In this document: positions 36,160 to 51,000 of the stretch, one piece after another
How positions within the stretch are numbered: position 1 is the first letter of the stretch
How the letters are laid out: each line of letters opens with the position of its first letter
DNA from: Chiloscyllium plagiosum
Lineage: Eukaryota
Length of the DNA stretch: 64,000 nucleotides
NCBI RefSeq assembly: GCF_004010195.1
Contig: NC_057751.1
Location: 12,945,399-13,009,398 of the forward strand
Direction of reading: 5' to 3'
Translations under genes and position numbers: made by a program
Notes under the pieces: model-generated
Told to the model about the DNA's origin: nothing
Databases searched by the model: none
The model's input: only the letters and a program-made list of their open reading frames with translations

Positions 36160-36658
36160 TGTTGTGAAAATTGAAAGAGTTTAGAAAACAGTTACAAAGA
36201 TGTTGCCAGGGTTCGAGGATTTGAGCTGTAGGGAAAGGTTAATAAGCTAGGGTTGTTTTCCCTGGAGCGTCGGAGTGACCTTTTAGAGGTTTATAAAATC
36301 ATGAGGGGAATGGATAGGATAAATAGGCAAAGTCTCTTCCCTGGGGTCGGGGAGTCCAGAACTAGAGGGCATAGGTTTAGGGTGAGAGGGGAAAGGTATA
36401 AAAAAGACCTAAGGGCAGCTTTTTAACGCAAAGGGTGGTGTGTGTATGGAATGAACTGCCAGAGGAAATGGTGGAGGATAGAATGATTGCAACATTTAAA
36501 AGGCATTTGGATGGGTATATGAACAGGAAGGGTTTGGAGGAATATGGGCCGGGTGCTGGCAAGTGGGACTAGATTAGGTTGGGATATCTGGTCAGCATGG
36601 ACGAGTTGAACCGAAGGATCTGTTTCCACACTGTACATCTCTATGACTCTATGACTCT
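36160..36658 (+). mobile_element. CR1 LINE 3' end
   Basis: Highly similar to 17797-18283; ends in ctatgactctatgactct. Confidence 0.88.
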
Positions 36659-39411
36659 GGTCTCACTACTCCACAGGTCACAACAGAAATATAATTGTTT
36701 TCCTCAGTTCCCTACTTGACCTATTATATGCTTAATTTAGTTTAGACTTAGAATGTAGACTTAAAAAGAACCAGCTTCTCAAATAAATGCAAAATTATTG
36801 ATAAATTCTGAAGTTCATATAATATTACTTATTCAAATGAAGATGCAAATCTGGTTAACACACTTATTTACATTATCAAAGTAAAAATGTTTACATCTTT
36901 AAATAATTCAAAACACACATATACAGACAAAGGGAAAAATGGATTTCTTTCTGCAGACTTTCAATATGAGAAAAAGAAACACTTCTGGCTCTTGAAGGGA
37001 GAAAAGAGAATGTGTAGGATGTTCAGATGGCTACCAGACATGTGCAGCTATCTCTGAGGTCTTGGCAGATGCAATTTGCTCAGAAAACTGAGAAGACTTT
37101 CAGAAACTCCTTACGAGGACAATCAGGTTTGAGAAATATCGATAGATGAACCAGGCTGTCTTTTCCTCAGCAGACTTTTCTCAACTAATGTCCAAAACAA
37201 TATCCAATCATTGTAGCAATGAAACCCAGGGAGGGAATTCCTCAGAAATCAGTTTAAGCAGTTTGCTGAAATCATGTGATTTTTCAGAAGCATCTTTTGA
37301 AATAAATTCCAATGTGTCCTTATATTGGCGTTTGAAAATAAAGTCCAGGTATCCACAGTTTTCATTGTCCAGAATTCTTCAAGTCTGAAGACCTCAGGAA
37401 AATAAAAGTGAAGCCTTTGTAACAGTACAACCCATCAGTGGTGTGCAGCAGTTTCATTGTATATTGGTTTTACAGCACCTTTTATCACTCCTCAGTCCTT
37501 AATTGGGTTAGAAATACTTCGCTTAGTTCGAGTGAATTGTAGCAATGTCCGAATGCGAACTCCAGAGACCAACATACCAAGTGCCCCAATGAAATGGAAA
37601 AACAATGCACACAGTGGACTGCAGTTTGATGGTTTCTTGTATTTGAATACAACATTGACATCAAAATTTCTTGTCTAACTGTATTTGAGAGCAAAAGCCT
37701 GTTGCCTGATGTCCACTGATGTTCCAAATGTTATTTTTCAAGTTTGTATGAGATGAGAGCAGCATTGTCATGTTTCTTTTAATTAATTTGTTTCCTAGAC
37801 CCTCGAAGTTCCAGCTGTTTTGAAAAGGAATAAACTATGTTTTGAAGATCCCATTGCATTTCTTCAGGGATGTGTTGTTTTTCTGATCGCTACATTGCTC
37901 CATTCACTGCTCAGGTTTGGCAGGAACAATATTACTGAGGGAGAGTCCTGTTTAGAGGCAACATTCAGTTTCAAACCACAAAATTCCTGCTGGATTCTTT
38001 TCTCCCAGCTATCAGCACCATAGAGCACACATCACATGTGATATTAGGGCTGCCAACTAATTTATATTTCATGTGATAGTAGTGGAGCTATCTGACTGCT
38101 CTCGGAGCTACCATATTCTACTTGTTCGGGTTCTAATATGAGTCCTTTGAGTCTTCATGATAGGTCTCAGGCCAGATTTCAAGGTTGCTGTTAAAAAATG
38201 TTTATTTATATTCTGTATTTGTTGTTAAGTAACAGAGCTGCATGCTCTCTGCTGCACAGATTCCACATTCTTTACAGAACACAAACGCAGTCATAGTGAC
38301 TTTCCTCAGAAGTTCATTGACAAGTTCCTTAAATTCTGTCTCTGCATCATAAACTGGTTGGATTTGCTGCCCAATAGGAATTTTTATTTGTTTCGTAGCC
38401 TTGCTTATTAGTTGCAGGCATTAACATGAGAGCAGAAGTATATGAACCCTGAGGTATCATGTTAGGCTCGATGGATAGCACTTTTGTCTCTGAAACAGAA
38501 TATCATAGGGTCAAGCCCCCAAAACAGAACCTGAAGAAGGTAATCAGAGCCTGACCTCCAGAGTGGTGCGAATGCTACTCGTTTGGAGGTACCTGTTACT
38601 GTTGGCACAGTAGATCCTCTTTGTCTTCTCAGATGGATTTTAAAACATTCCCATTGAAGATCTTGCTGAAGGAGAGCAGGAGACAAAGGGTTACATTCTG
38701 CACGATGGCTAGGCGAGACAATTTCAGGAGCCTACAAGCTCCAGGGAGTGAGAATTTAAATGAGTTATTTTTATAAAGAGTAGCAGGACTGAGCAGGGAA
38801 TAAGATAACAGGAGAGAAAATGAAACCAAAGGATTGAGCAGTATGTTTTCTGCAAGCCACATTATTGGTGAAATTGATTCCTGGATCCGTGACAGATCTC
38901 ACGTTGAGGTTTCACACAACTGAGGCTTCAGAGACAAGGTCACAGTAATCTCCAGCTCCTGCAGCCTGCTAGTTGCTATAATTGAGATGAGAAGTGGTCT
39001 GAGTTTCATGTGGGAAGTCCCTGCTGAAAGAGATGGATAGATTTCAGCTTCAAGCAGCTGAAAACAGTCGGATTGACCTTCATAAGAAGCAAACACAATC
39101 AGTGTTTCCACACAAACCTGGTGGTCAGCTTTGACCATCACTCTAACTGCTCAGAGCAATTACCAATCACTTGTTCTTGGAAACGTGGATCTGTGTTAAA
39201 TTTCACAGATTCAAAGCTCAACTGGCCACACATTTGGAAAACTCCAGATTACATTTGGCTCTTACGTATGTGTCATGTGTATGGCTTTATCTGTCTGTTT
39301 GCATGCATGTCAATCCAACTGTGAGTCTGGGTATGTCTATCTGTCTGTATGTGGAAGTGTGTGTGACTGTCCATCTATTTGCATGTGTGTTTACCGTGTG
39401 TGCGCATGTAG

Positions 39412-42400
39412 GACATAGAACATTACAGTACAGTACAGTCCCTGCGGCCCTCAATGTTGCGCCAACCTGTGGAACCAATCTGAATCTCATCGAACCTACA
39501 CTATTTCATTCTCGTCCATATGCCTATCCAATGACTATTTAAATGCCCTTAAAGTTGGCCTTAAATTCTATTACTATTGCAGGCAGTGCATTCAATGCCT
39601 CTACTACTCTCTGAGTAAAGAACCTACCTCTGACCTATATCTATCACCCTCAATTTAAAGCTATGTCCCCTTATGCTATCCATTGCCATCCGAGGAAAAC
39701 ATCTCTCACTCTCCAACCTATTTAACCTCTGATTATCTTATATATCTCAATTAAGTCACCTTTTAACATTCTTCTCTCTAACAAAAACAGCCTCAAATCC
39801 CTCACCTTTCTTCATAAGACCTTTCCTCCAAAGCAGGCAACATCCTAGCAAATCTCCTCTGAATCTTTTCCAAACCTTCCACATCCTTCCTAGAATGTGG
39901 TGACCAGAACTGTATGCAATACTCCAAATGTGGCCGCACTAGAGTTTTGCACAGCTGCGGCATCACCTCATGGTTCTGAAACTCAATCCCTCTACCAATA
40001 AAAACTAGCACATTGTATGCCTTCTTAACAACCTTATCAACTTGGCTGGCAACTTTCAAGGATCTATGTACCTGGACACCGAGATCACTCTGATCATCTA
40101 CTACCAAGAATTTTACCATTAGCCCAGTACTCTACAATCGTCTTAATCCTTCCAAAGTGAATCACCTCACAGTTTCCAGCATTAAACTCCATTTGTCACC
40201 TCTCAGCCCAGATCTGCAGCTTATCTATGTCTCTGTAATCTACAACATCCTTCGTCATTACTCACAACTCTACCGACTTACATGTCACCCGCAAATTTAC
40301 TAACTCATCCTTCTAGGCTCTCATCCAGGTCATTTATAAAAGTGACAAACAACAGTGGACTCAAAACAAATCCTTGCGATATCCTGCTAGTAACTGAAAT
40401 CCTGGATGAATATTTCCCATCAACCACCACCCTCTGTCTTCTTTCAGCTAGCCAATTTCTGATCCAAACCACTAAATCACCCTCAATCCCATGCCTCCGT
40501 ATTTTGTGCAATGGCCTACCGTGGGGAACCTTATCAGATGTCTTACAGAAATCCATATACACCACATCAACCATGTTACCCTCATCCACCTGTTTGGTTA
40601 CCTTCTCAAATAACTCAATAAGGTTTGTGAGGTGCGACTTACCCTTCACAAAACCATGTTGACTATCCCTAATCAACCTGTTCCTCTCCAGGTGATTGTA
40701 AATCCTATCTCTTATAACCCTTTTCAACACTTTACCCACAACCAAAATAAGGCTCAGAGGTCTATCATTTCCAGGGTTGTCTCTACTCCCCTTTTTGAAC
40801 AAGGGAACAACATTTGCTGTCCTCCAGTCTTCTGGCACAATTCCTGTAGACAATGACGACATAAGGGTCAAAGCCGAAGGCTCGCCAATCTCTTCCCTGG
40901 CTTCCCAGGGAATGCTATCCATCCCAGGGGACTAATCTATTTTTACACTTTCCAGAATTGCTAACATCTCCCCCTAATGCACCTCAATCCTATCTAGTCT
41001 AGTAGCCTATATCTCAGTATTCTCCTCAACCACATTTTCTTTTTCCAGTGTGAATACTGACAAAAAGTATTCATTTAATGCTTCCCAATCTCCTCTGACT
41101 CCAAGCACAACTTCCCACTACTATGTTTGGTTGGCCCTAATCTTACTCTAGGCATTCTTTTATTCCTGATATATTTATAGAAAGCCTTAGGATTTTCCTT
41201 GATCCTATCCGCCAACAACTTCTCATGTCCCCTCCTAGCTCTTCTTAGCTCTCTCTTTAGGTCTTCCCTGGCTAACCTGTAACTCTCAATCGCTGTAACT
41301 GAGCCTTCACATCTCATCCTAACATAAGCCTTCTTCTTCCTCTTGAACAGAGATTCAACTTCCTTAGTAAAGCACAGCTCATGCATTCGACAACTTCTTC
41401 CCTGCCTGACCAATAAAAACTTATCAAGGACCCGCAGTAGCTGGTCCTTGAAGAAGCTCCACATTTCAATTTTGTCTATCCCCTGCAGTTTCCTTCCCCA
41501 TCCTATGCATCCTAAATCTTGCCTAATTGCATTGTAATTGCCTTTCCCCCAGCTATAACTCTTGCCCTGCGATATATACTTATCCCTTTCCATCACTAAA
41601 GTAAACATAACCAAATTGTGGTCACTATCACCAAAGTGCTTACCTACCTCCAAATCTAACACTGGCAGGGTTCATTACCCAGTACAAAATCTAATGTGGC
41701 CTCACCCCTTGTTGGCCTGTCTGCATACCGTGTAAGGAAACCCTCCTGCGCTGACCCATCTAGTGTGCTGGAATTGTAGTATTCCCAGTCAATATTTGGA
41801 AAGTGACAACTACTCTGTCACTCTCGCTCCTATTGAGGATCATCTTTGCTATCCTATCCTCTACATCTCTGGAACTATTTGGAGGCCTATAGAAAACTCC
41901 TGACAGGATAACCTCTCCTTTCCTCTTTCTAATCGCAGCCCATACTACCTCAGTAGACAAGTCGTCAAAAGTCCTTTCAGCAATTGTAATACTGTCCTTG
42001 ACTAACAGTGCCGCACCACCCCATCTTTTACCATTTTCTCTGTTCTTACTGAAACATCCAAATCCCGGAACCTGCAATAACCATTCCTGTCCCTGTTCTA
42101 CTCATGTCTCTAAAATGGCCACAACATCGAAATCCCAGGTACCAACCCATGCTGCAAGTTCACCCACCTTATTCCAGATGCTCCTGGCATTGAAGTAGGC
42201 ACACTTCAAACCAACTTCTTGCCTGCCAGTGCCTTCTTGCAATCTTTAAATCTTAGTTCTGACTTCATTACCCTCATCCTCCCATATATTTGAACTACAA
42301 TGTTGGTTCCCATCCCCCTGCTGAATTAGTTTAAACACACCCGAAGAGCATTAGCAAATATCCTCCCAGAATATTGGTACTCCTCTGGTTCAGGTGAAGA

Positions 42401-42811
42401 CCATCCTGTTTGTAAAGGTCCCACCTGCCCCAGAAAGACCCCCAATTATCCAGGAATCCAAAACCGTCCTCCTGCATCATCCCTGTAGCCACATGTTCAA
42501 TTCCTGTCTCTCCCTATTCCTTGCTTCGCTAGCACATGGCACAGGCAACAAACCAGAGATAACAACTCTGTTATTCTAACTCGGAGCTTCCACCGAGTTC
42601 TGCTTTAAATCCCCATCTCCCTACCTATGTCATTGGTGCCTATGTGGACTACGACTTGGAGCTGTTCCCCCTGCCCCTCAAGGATCCCGGAAACATGATC
42701 AGAGACATCACAAAACCTGGCACCTGGGAGGCAACACACCAACCATGAGTCTCTCTTTCCCACACAACCTCCTATCTGTTCCCCTAACTATGGAGTCCCC
42801 AATGACTATGA
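39412..42811 (-). mobile_element. Long CR1 LINE: ORF1 SGNH-esterase remnant, APE endonuclease and RT, inactivated
   Basis: Minus strand IVIGDSIVRGTDR at ~42771-42809; GVFYRPPNS, HFGDSDHN, PEDWRTANVVPLFKKG, QHGFVKGKS, RPHLEYCIQFWSP; multiple frameshifts; sits inside a TG-rich low-complexity tract. Confidence 0.92.
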
Positions 42812-43507
42812 CCATGTGTGTCTGTTTACGTGTGTGTGTGTTTGTGTCTGTGTATGCCGCATGCCTGTGTCTGTCTGTTTATCCGTATGGGGATGTACCT
42901 ATGTGTATTTGTGCATGCCTGTATCTTATCTATGTAGGTGTGTTTGCATGCTGTATGTGGCTGTGCCAAATTATTGCACAGCTTTTTTTTTGCTTTGATT
43001 TGAGTGGCAGCAAATAGAAAAGCTTTGTCTAAATTTCTTCAAATTTTGTTCTCATCTTGTGGCAGACTGATCTTTAGGTAGTCACTGAATTTCCATCCTC
43101 TATGCAACAGTCATAATTACCTGTGCCCTTTACAAAAGGTGAATTAGCTGAATATGACAGAGTGCAGCAGGGTTACCAGTAAGTCAAATGGATAATGGAT
43201 TTTGCTGTCAGCGACAAAGGAAATGCACTTGCCTTATCTTGCTGACAGCAGCCCACAATGTTTTCGCAGACTTTAAAGCATAGACATACTCAAATTTATT
43301 TCCAGTCAGGCAGCAGTTACAGCACACCCATCATATGAGTGGGCAGGAAACTTTCAATGAATCAGCTTGCAGAATCCTCTCTGTGAAATGTGCAGGATCC
43401 AACTTTAAGCCCCAAAGTAGGTGGGTTTAGGTCAGGTTCAGAAATGTATATGTGAAGAAGTCACTGTACACACTGCTGATTTGGTTTTCTTGTGATTTAA
43501 TTTACAG

Positions 43508-43624
43508 CGTTCCGAGGTTGATGGCATCATCCACGCCCGAGGCTGTGTCGATGCTGTCAATCTGTGGTTCTTGGATAACATTGGCATCACAGCGGGAATT
43601 CTTGCTGCCCTGCTCCTGCCACAG
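43508..43624 (+). CDS. TSPAN15: Tetraspanin-15-like exon, end of large extracellular loop and start of TM4: RSEVDGIIHARGCVDAVNLWFLDNIGITAGILAALLLPQ
   Basis: 117 nt, phase 0/0; acceptor tttaatttacag, donor gtagtc. GC..W..DN..AGIL...LPQ pattern typical of TspanC8; resembles recalled human TSPAN15 [29 protein letters not shown]. Confidence 0.92.
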
Positions 43625-45954
43625 GTAGTCTCTTGATTGATCTTGCCATACTGTTGATCCTTTTGCTACACTGAGGCTTAAGAACAAAAGAATGACTACA
43701 ATATCAGTAATAGCGTCTTTGGAAGTGTGAGAATGTAGGTGAATTTGCACAAAATGCTGCATCATTGAGGTTCATGAGCAATGATCTTAATTTTGAACAC
43801 ATTTCCACATTCATCTGAATCAGTTGTGGACAGGTATTTAAAGGGGAAGCTAGCCAGAGAGGGAAGCCATTTCACTCATTCTACCATTCAAAGTGACCAG
43901 GGCTGATCAGCAACTCCATAAACCAATCTTTGCCCCACATCCCTTTCAGTTTCAAATTTAACATCAACAACTGAGCTAGCATCAATTGCTGTTTTGTTGT
44001 GTATGTTTTTTATAAAAGATTCTAGGTTAGTTCATATTAGCCACTAATCTATTCATATTTTTTCTCTTTGTTCCCTTTCTATGTCCTTTCTATGGCTCTT
44101 CTGTTCTATGCAAATCTTACATTTGTCATATCAGAGTTTCAGCATGTGATTCTGCTACATCTATTTGAATTGATGAATCTGCCCTTCTTCGCTAGAGTTT
44201 CAGTCAGCTCCAAGCATCTGGTGGTGTTGGCTTCTGAATTTTGGTGCAACTCTCAGGAATTTGGCAAGAGTGTACTGGGGTTTATTAGCAAACTACATTT
44301 TGAAGCATATGATTAGATTTTGCTGTTTTACAAAAGGCATGGCATTCCTTGATATGTATGTTATGGGATCTTCTGCAACTTGTGTGGGATTATGGATTTC
44401 CAAATGTAAACTTTAATTATAACTGTCAGAACTATGTCTTCAAAAGTACCCAGCTGAAGAACACAAAGGAATTTCAAAACTGTTCTTATGCAGTACAGCA
44501 TCTTCAGCCACTCACCAATCTACTGCTACTCAATGTACTGCAAGCAGCATTCTGAACAAATGTGCTTATCGCCCTCTGTATAGAACCCGTGGGGCTACGT
44601 CCCAAAACATATAAAAAAATGATAACAGCAATAAAAACCATTTTGCTGTTGTGCATAGCTGAATGAAATGAGTGAATGAAACTTTTGATTTTTAAACAAG
44701 AACAAATTGCAAACTAACTTGATGAAATTTGATGCAACATTTATTGAGGTTGAATGTTCAATTTGTGTGATATTTTTTATTTCATGTGCCCTCTAACTCT
44801 AATCATAACCAAACAATGTGAACTGAATGAATCAGTGTTGAATCTGAATAAAAGCTAAAGTGATAGAAAGTTCTCATTGAAGAAAATCTGTACATTGCAT
44901 GGATGTTATGGTATTGAAAGTTTGAACTGACAGAAATTATAGCTTAAATGCCCATTAATTGGATCAAAGATGCTGTATTGTAAGGCTTGTTGTATATTTA
45001 TAATAATGGATGGGTAGTTCTGTCATTTTTATTATTGCAGCTGATCAAACACGCAGTCAAAGTGTCTTTCTTGTTTCCCGAAGGGTTGCTGAGTCAGAAG
45101 GAATATTTCTTTCTGGGAATAACGACCTCTCAATGATACCTGAACACTTCTTGTCCACTAGGCATGGGGTCATGATGTGGTTCAAGAATTAAAATTTTGG
45201 AGGTGGGTTGGTTAGTGCCATCTGCCTAGATTTTAAAACAAGCATTTCATTTGGAGTGATTTGCCAGTTTAGTTTACTTTTGAGCTTCCGATTTGATTTT
45301 GCTGTGGAACTCTTCTTCTTTCTCATCACGTTCAACAATTTCTTCATTGAAGCTGTTTCTTAAATTGAGTACAAGGGATTTAAGCCTCTGGACTTGACCT
45401 GACTGCTGTTAGCCACAAGGTCTCAGAAGACTACCAACTTAGCTTCTTGAGAATGTTTTGAAAATTGAGTGTTTTGTGCTTTATGTTCAATTGAGTCAGT
45501 TAGGAGATTGATTGTCTTGAAAATGAAATTACAATGGTTCTGATTTCTCTGCTCTGCCTTCACGTCAGTCTCAGAAAGCTGACATGCCTTGTAATAAACT
45601 GGACTTGTTCACCCTTAGTGTAGAACCTTGAGTCCATATCCTGGGGAAATTCTCTTCAAGTCTCCATAATTTGTGCATTTGTGGAGATGTCAATCCCAGA
45701 TCTTCCTCCAGTTGCTCACCACATCAACTCAGTTAACCATTCCTGAAGACTGATTTGGAAACATGTTTCAGAATGGAAGTCTGTCCTGGTGAAAATGAGA
45801 ATATGTCTGACAAGATCTTTCCTGGATACGTAAACTTTTGATTTTGAAACTGGAGAAAGCTCCTTGCAACTGGTGACACTTAAAAAGGGTTAAGTGGTGG
45901 GAAACAACTGAAATCTAATTTGGTTAGAAACTCAGCTGGCTTAGTATAGAAATG

Positions 45955-46165
45955 GAGAAAGTGAGGACTGCAGATGCTGGTGATCAGAATCAAAAAATGT
46001 GGTGCTGGAAAAGCACAGCAGGTCAGGCTGCATCCAAGGAGCAGGATAATCGATGTTTCAGGCAGGAGCCCTTGCTGGTGAAGATCTTATAGCCAAAACA
46101 TCAACTTTCCTGCTCCTTGGATGCTGCCTGACCTTTTGTGCTTTTCCAGTGCCAAATTTATTGAT
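45955..46165. mobile_element. Older Penelope pLTR fold-back insertion
   Basis: ctggaaaagcacagcaggtcaggctgcatccaaggagcagga is inverted at tcctgctccttggatgctgcctgacc..gtgcttttccag; degenerate TSD gcttagtatagaaatg (45939-45954) and gcttaacataggaatg (46166-46181). Confidence 0.75.
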
Positions 46166-47499
46166 GCTTAACATAGGAATGTTTAACTTATTCCAAACGT
46201 GTTTCATTCGGCCCTAGTATCTGCATTTTCTTAACTTAGAAAGTCTCCATAGAACCTCTGGATTTTGCTCGTGCTGTTTAGCTCTTGAAGGTTTCACTGA
46301 ACGATAATGTTTAAATGAAGGAAATGTTCAAGGTGTTGTTATTGATAGATTGTCCATTTAGTTTGGGCCAGTGTGGAATGACTGAATGGAGGGTGGGAAA
46401 TGGAGACCTATGAGTAGATCTCCATTATTGTGTTCCATGTATCATCTTGCATGAGATGGAAATTTAGTGGGAATTCCTCTCAACGTTTGAGCTTGTAAAT
46501 GAATGCAAAGCAGTTTCCATTGCACTGGAAATCGTTACCCCGAACCTAACACATCGATATGGCCAGGCATATTTGCCAGTAAACTGTCTTCGCAGGAATC
46601 AAATCACCAGGCACACAATCAGAAAGTTATACCATCGATTTGCAACTGACCTGCAGTTAATTGCCGCAATGCCCGTTACAGCAAAGACCATCACACTCCT
46701 AATGTGTTATTCTCAGGCTCAGTCTACTGTATGGTAACATCAATTAATCTGATGTGTCAAGCAGACCACTGATGTGCTGAGCATTAGGGGTGCACAGTAT
46801 CCAATCTGAATTGTTGCTCTTGTTTAAGTAACTGAACAAGTAGCATGTTTGAAAGCTGATTTTGTGGCCTTAATAGTTTTAAGAGGTGATAAACCCAAAA
46901 GTTCCCAGTAGGAAGTGGCAGTAATTGAGTGTGTGGCATGCATGTGCAGCTTGAAAATAGCTATTTATTGAATGCTATAAGATATTAAATACGCTATTTT
47001 AGTATGCCTTTACAATTTTACAAAATATACTTGCCACTTGGCTTCCAAACGATATTTGTAATTTCTAACATTTATAAACTGGAATAATTATGGCCTGCCC
47101 CTCCTGAATGGTAACACTATTGCAGAATTATGGTTCAAAAGAGCCAGACAAATGCATGTTTCTCAAAAGTAATGTCTAAAATTGCACATACTTTACCGAC
47201 AGAAACATTCCAGTAATTACTTCAGCTAAAACAAAATGATTTTGAGTTGCCTCAAGCTACGGAGAGTATAATTTCTAATGCACCTATTTTATACGGTACA
47301 TGACATCCAGCCTTGCAGTTCTGACTGCCCTTTCAGGGGCAGCATAGCAAGTGCATTGGCATTTTACTAACTGACTGAATGTTGAGCTCTTTCTGGTTGA
47401 ACAGCTTGAAACTTTTCCAAGATTGGAACATGTGCTTTACAGAAAGTTCAGAAACAGTTTAGACAGAACATTATCAAAGTTCTGACTTCAGTCTCAAAA

Positions 47500-48050
47500 A
47501 GAACCACCTTGTCATCTTGCTGTCTTTCTCTGCCTCTTCTGCCAAAATGAATCATCATTGCACTTCACTGCATTTAAATCCACATGACTTTGCCCCTTTC
47601 ACCTGAAATGGCTGTAGATCTGCCTCTGGAGGGAAACTATTTCCCAGCTTGAATAGTATTATTCTAACATGACGCTTTGCTCCCTGTCAATAAGACAATT
47701 TTGGCTGTATCACTCCCTTCTAATTCCATGGACTTCATCCTCCTGACAAGCTCCTTGCATGGCACTTTATCCAATAGGTTTCAAAGCCTATATATGCAGT
47801 ATCTCCTATGCAACCCCAATCATCCTTTGCCTCATCAAAAAACTTAGGCAAGATTTATCTTTCACAAAATTCATGCTGGCTTTCCTTGATTACTTCCCAA
47901 ATGGAAATTTATCTGATCCAATAACTTCCTCACCAATGACGTTAATCTGCCTGGCCTGTCATTTCTTGAATTATCCCTCTCTCTGTTCTTGATCAGCGGA
48001 ATAACATTAGCCATGTTTCTGTCTTCTGGCACATTTCCTATGTCCAAGCT
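47500..48050 (-). mobile_element. Highly decayed CR1 RT fragment
   Basis: Minus frame reads VPEDRNMANVIPLIK..DNSRNDRPGRLTSLVRKLL. Confidence 0.65.
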
Positions 48051-51000
48051 ATTTAAAGCCTGTGCTATTTTCTGTTGGTTTTCATTCAGTCGGTGACCCT
48101 GCCTTTGAACTTTTGCAATATAAACCTTTCTTATCTGACGTAGGAACAGGTTTGACACAAGTTCCATTAGCCATTTTGTATTAATGTCTTATTTCCATTA
48201 TGTCTCAGTGAAGTACCTGGATTTATGACTTTACTCAGCAAAACTGAACGTATTTGCAATGACTTACCATAACTTTGTGACTCAGACTACCTACAAATAG
48301 TTACAATATGTCTATCTGCATATAGGGAGCTCAGTTATCATCACAGATTTTCCAATATTCCTTGAGTAGTGATGCGACTGGAGCTTGCCAACATTAAACC
48401 TGAGGCAGCTCATCAGCTAAAGTGGATTTTTCGCTTTATTAATTTCATCTTTGTCAAAGTTTGTCTTCATTTACATGATAATCTTGGAACTGATACACAG
48501 AGGTAGAACAGATAGAAATACATCTCTCCTTCAGTAGGTCGTCTGCAGCAAACAAGGGGAAACTCAAATGAAACTGCCCAGTGCCCAATATTCTACTTGA
48601 TCTGGATGTGAGAGGCTGAATAAGAATGACATAAGCTGACCACTTAATTGGCTGCTCGGTTTACTGGGCCATCGACAACAATAAAGTGCTGGTAGCGACA
48701 TGTGCTAAAAGAGAGTCACAGAGTCTTCCAGTCCATTTAAGGCTGATGCCAAGTTGGATTATATAAGTGGCTTGCATCAAAACGGATTACATATCTGAGC
48801 AAAATAAATGGGCCTCACACCAGTGGAGTAATGGTTTGCCAGGCCTGGGATTGCATAGACTCAAATGGCTTAAGGAACTCATCAGCAGTTTGAAACAAAA
48901 GAACTGTCTCTTTTCATCAGCACAGGACTGTTGGAACCTGTCAATTAGGATGAGCTGGCTTGAGCCGTTTCTCAAATGCCTTCTTTCCTCACAGTAATAT
49001 GCAAATGTATAATTACTGTATTACAATTAGTGTATTCCATTAACCTACAGCAACAGTTCAGTTTTATCATGGTGCTTCACTTCCTCTATCTTGTGAATTA
49101 GCAATGATTATTCAACGTCATTTTCTTGTAGTCTTATCCACTTGGGGCATTCCAGCAATATTTAGAATGTGAGTTCAGACCCTTGAGGTCAAAAAGGATT
49201 TGAGCTGATTCTAATCTGGAACTCCTGGACAATAAATATTCCAGTAGTTTGTTACTTGCATGTACCTGTGCCAGATGTTTGAAAGAGCTAACCAATTTGT
49301 TCCACTCACTTATTCTTTCCCCACAGACCAGCAAATCCTTCCCATTCAAACACTCATCGAATACCTTTTTAAAATTTTAGTTTAAAATTGCTTATGCCAT
49401 CCTTTTAGTCAACTTCATCCTGTGGCACTTCTGCAAAGCAATTTATGGAGTTTGTAAGTGGAGAGCATTTTCAATTTTTATTCTTCACAGACACCTAATA
49501 TCTGATAAAATTTGGATCCAATTGGTGTCATTTCCAGTCAGAACAATCTGTCAAGGAATCCTTGCAGTCAAATATTATATTTTACAGCACTTTTATAAAA
49601 ACTGTTTAAAAAAAAAGCCTGCAGCAAAATGGGCAGAATTTCCAATATCTTTGGAATATAATTTGTGTGGAGATTTTACTCTGCTTCCACAGGCCAGACC
49701 GATTATATTAATTACTTTGAAGGAAAAGCAAAAGACCAAATGGCTGCTGAAGGAATGTTTAGGACTGCATCTGACATTGAATGGGTAAATGTCTATAGAA
49801 TTGCAGAATTCACTGCAGTGCATCAAACAGAATGATGTGTGATTGTTGATGGCGTCAGTGGTTTTATTACAGTTTTTCCTGTTTAAACAATATCTCATTT
49901 ACTCTGATAGTTATTCAGCTCACATTAGTATTTGTATTCCAGACTTCAGCTGCTATTTCTCACTGATACCTACTTCAAAATGGTGCTTGCCTTGGGCCAA
50001 GTATAATCACGTAAAAGAATATCTGTTTGAACCTGCAATTTATCAATTGATAAAGGTGTAAACCCAGTGATGGGGCACAATCAATTTTTCCAGAACTGCA
50101 GAAGTTAAAATAAACCTTGCTTTTATATCCATCATATTATCAGCCCAACTAGTTAATTAACCAAATCCAATTAATTACCTTAGAAACGTACTCACTTCTC
50201 AAGAAGCTAAGTGGCCCACTTTTGTTCATAATTGCTCATTTTGCTGGTTGTTTGCTCCTCTGAACTGTGAGGGATGTTTGCAACCTCAAAGGCACAATGT
50301 AAATATCAAGTTTGTGATGACTTTTGTTGTCGATGTTATATTCATTTGAACTGTACAGGATTTTAGTTGTCTACACCTCCATATTAAAGTATGTGTATTC
50401 ACTGGAGTTTTAACAATATCGAAAACAAAGGGTAGGAACATGAGCAGACTTATCACTTTATTGTGAGTGACATCCCCATAAACACATAAGTTGGTATCAA
50501 CTACTGAAGAATATCAAAAGATCATGTGGAAGCAGCTCAATTCCAGAATTTCATGCATTTAGATATAATCTGAACATTGAACAGGAAGTTATCTTAGTTA
50601 TGCTCTGCAGGCATGTCATTCTGTCACAGTTTAATGAAAACCAATAATCAATTGTCCAAGCTGCCACTGCGGATTTCAATTAATCATTCAAATCCTTCAA
50701 TTTCATTAGTTAGAAATGTACTCTATAAATGACGTAATTCACCAAGTTTTCAAATGCCTTTTGGCGTGGAGGGACCATCATCACAATTTTAGATTTTTCT
50801 CCCTTTCTCTCTGACAGACATCTTCAGATTTTTCATAGAATGACACAGCCATCCATCCAGTAACCTGTGCTGTCGCCTTAATAGAGCTAGCTAATTATTC
50901 CCACTCTCAGCCCTTTCCCTTTAAAGAAAAAAGAAACTTGCTTTGCAATTCATATTCCACACTGTCTGTTCCACAGAAGATCTGATCATAGCAGGCTCCT

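Noticed and set aside
36660..37680. Possible further LTR-like element (also ~51750-53210)
   Set aside because: Composition is suggestive, but I could not identify termini or a TSD.
39412..42811. Potentially active CR1 element
   Set aside because: Multiple frameshifts, stops and deletions, and the 5' end is truncated within ORF1.
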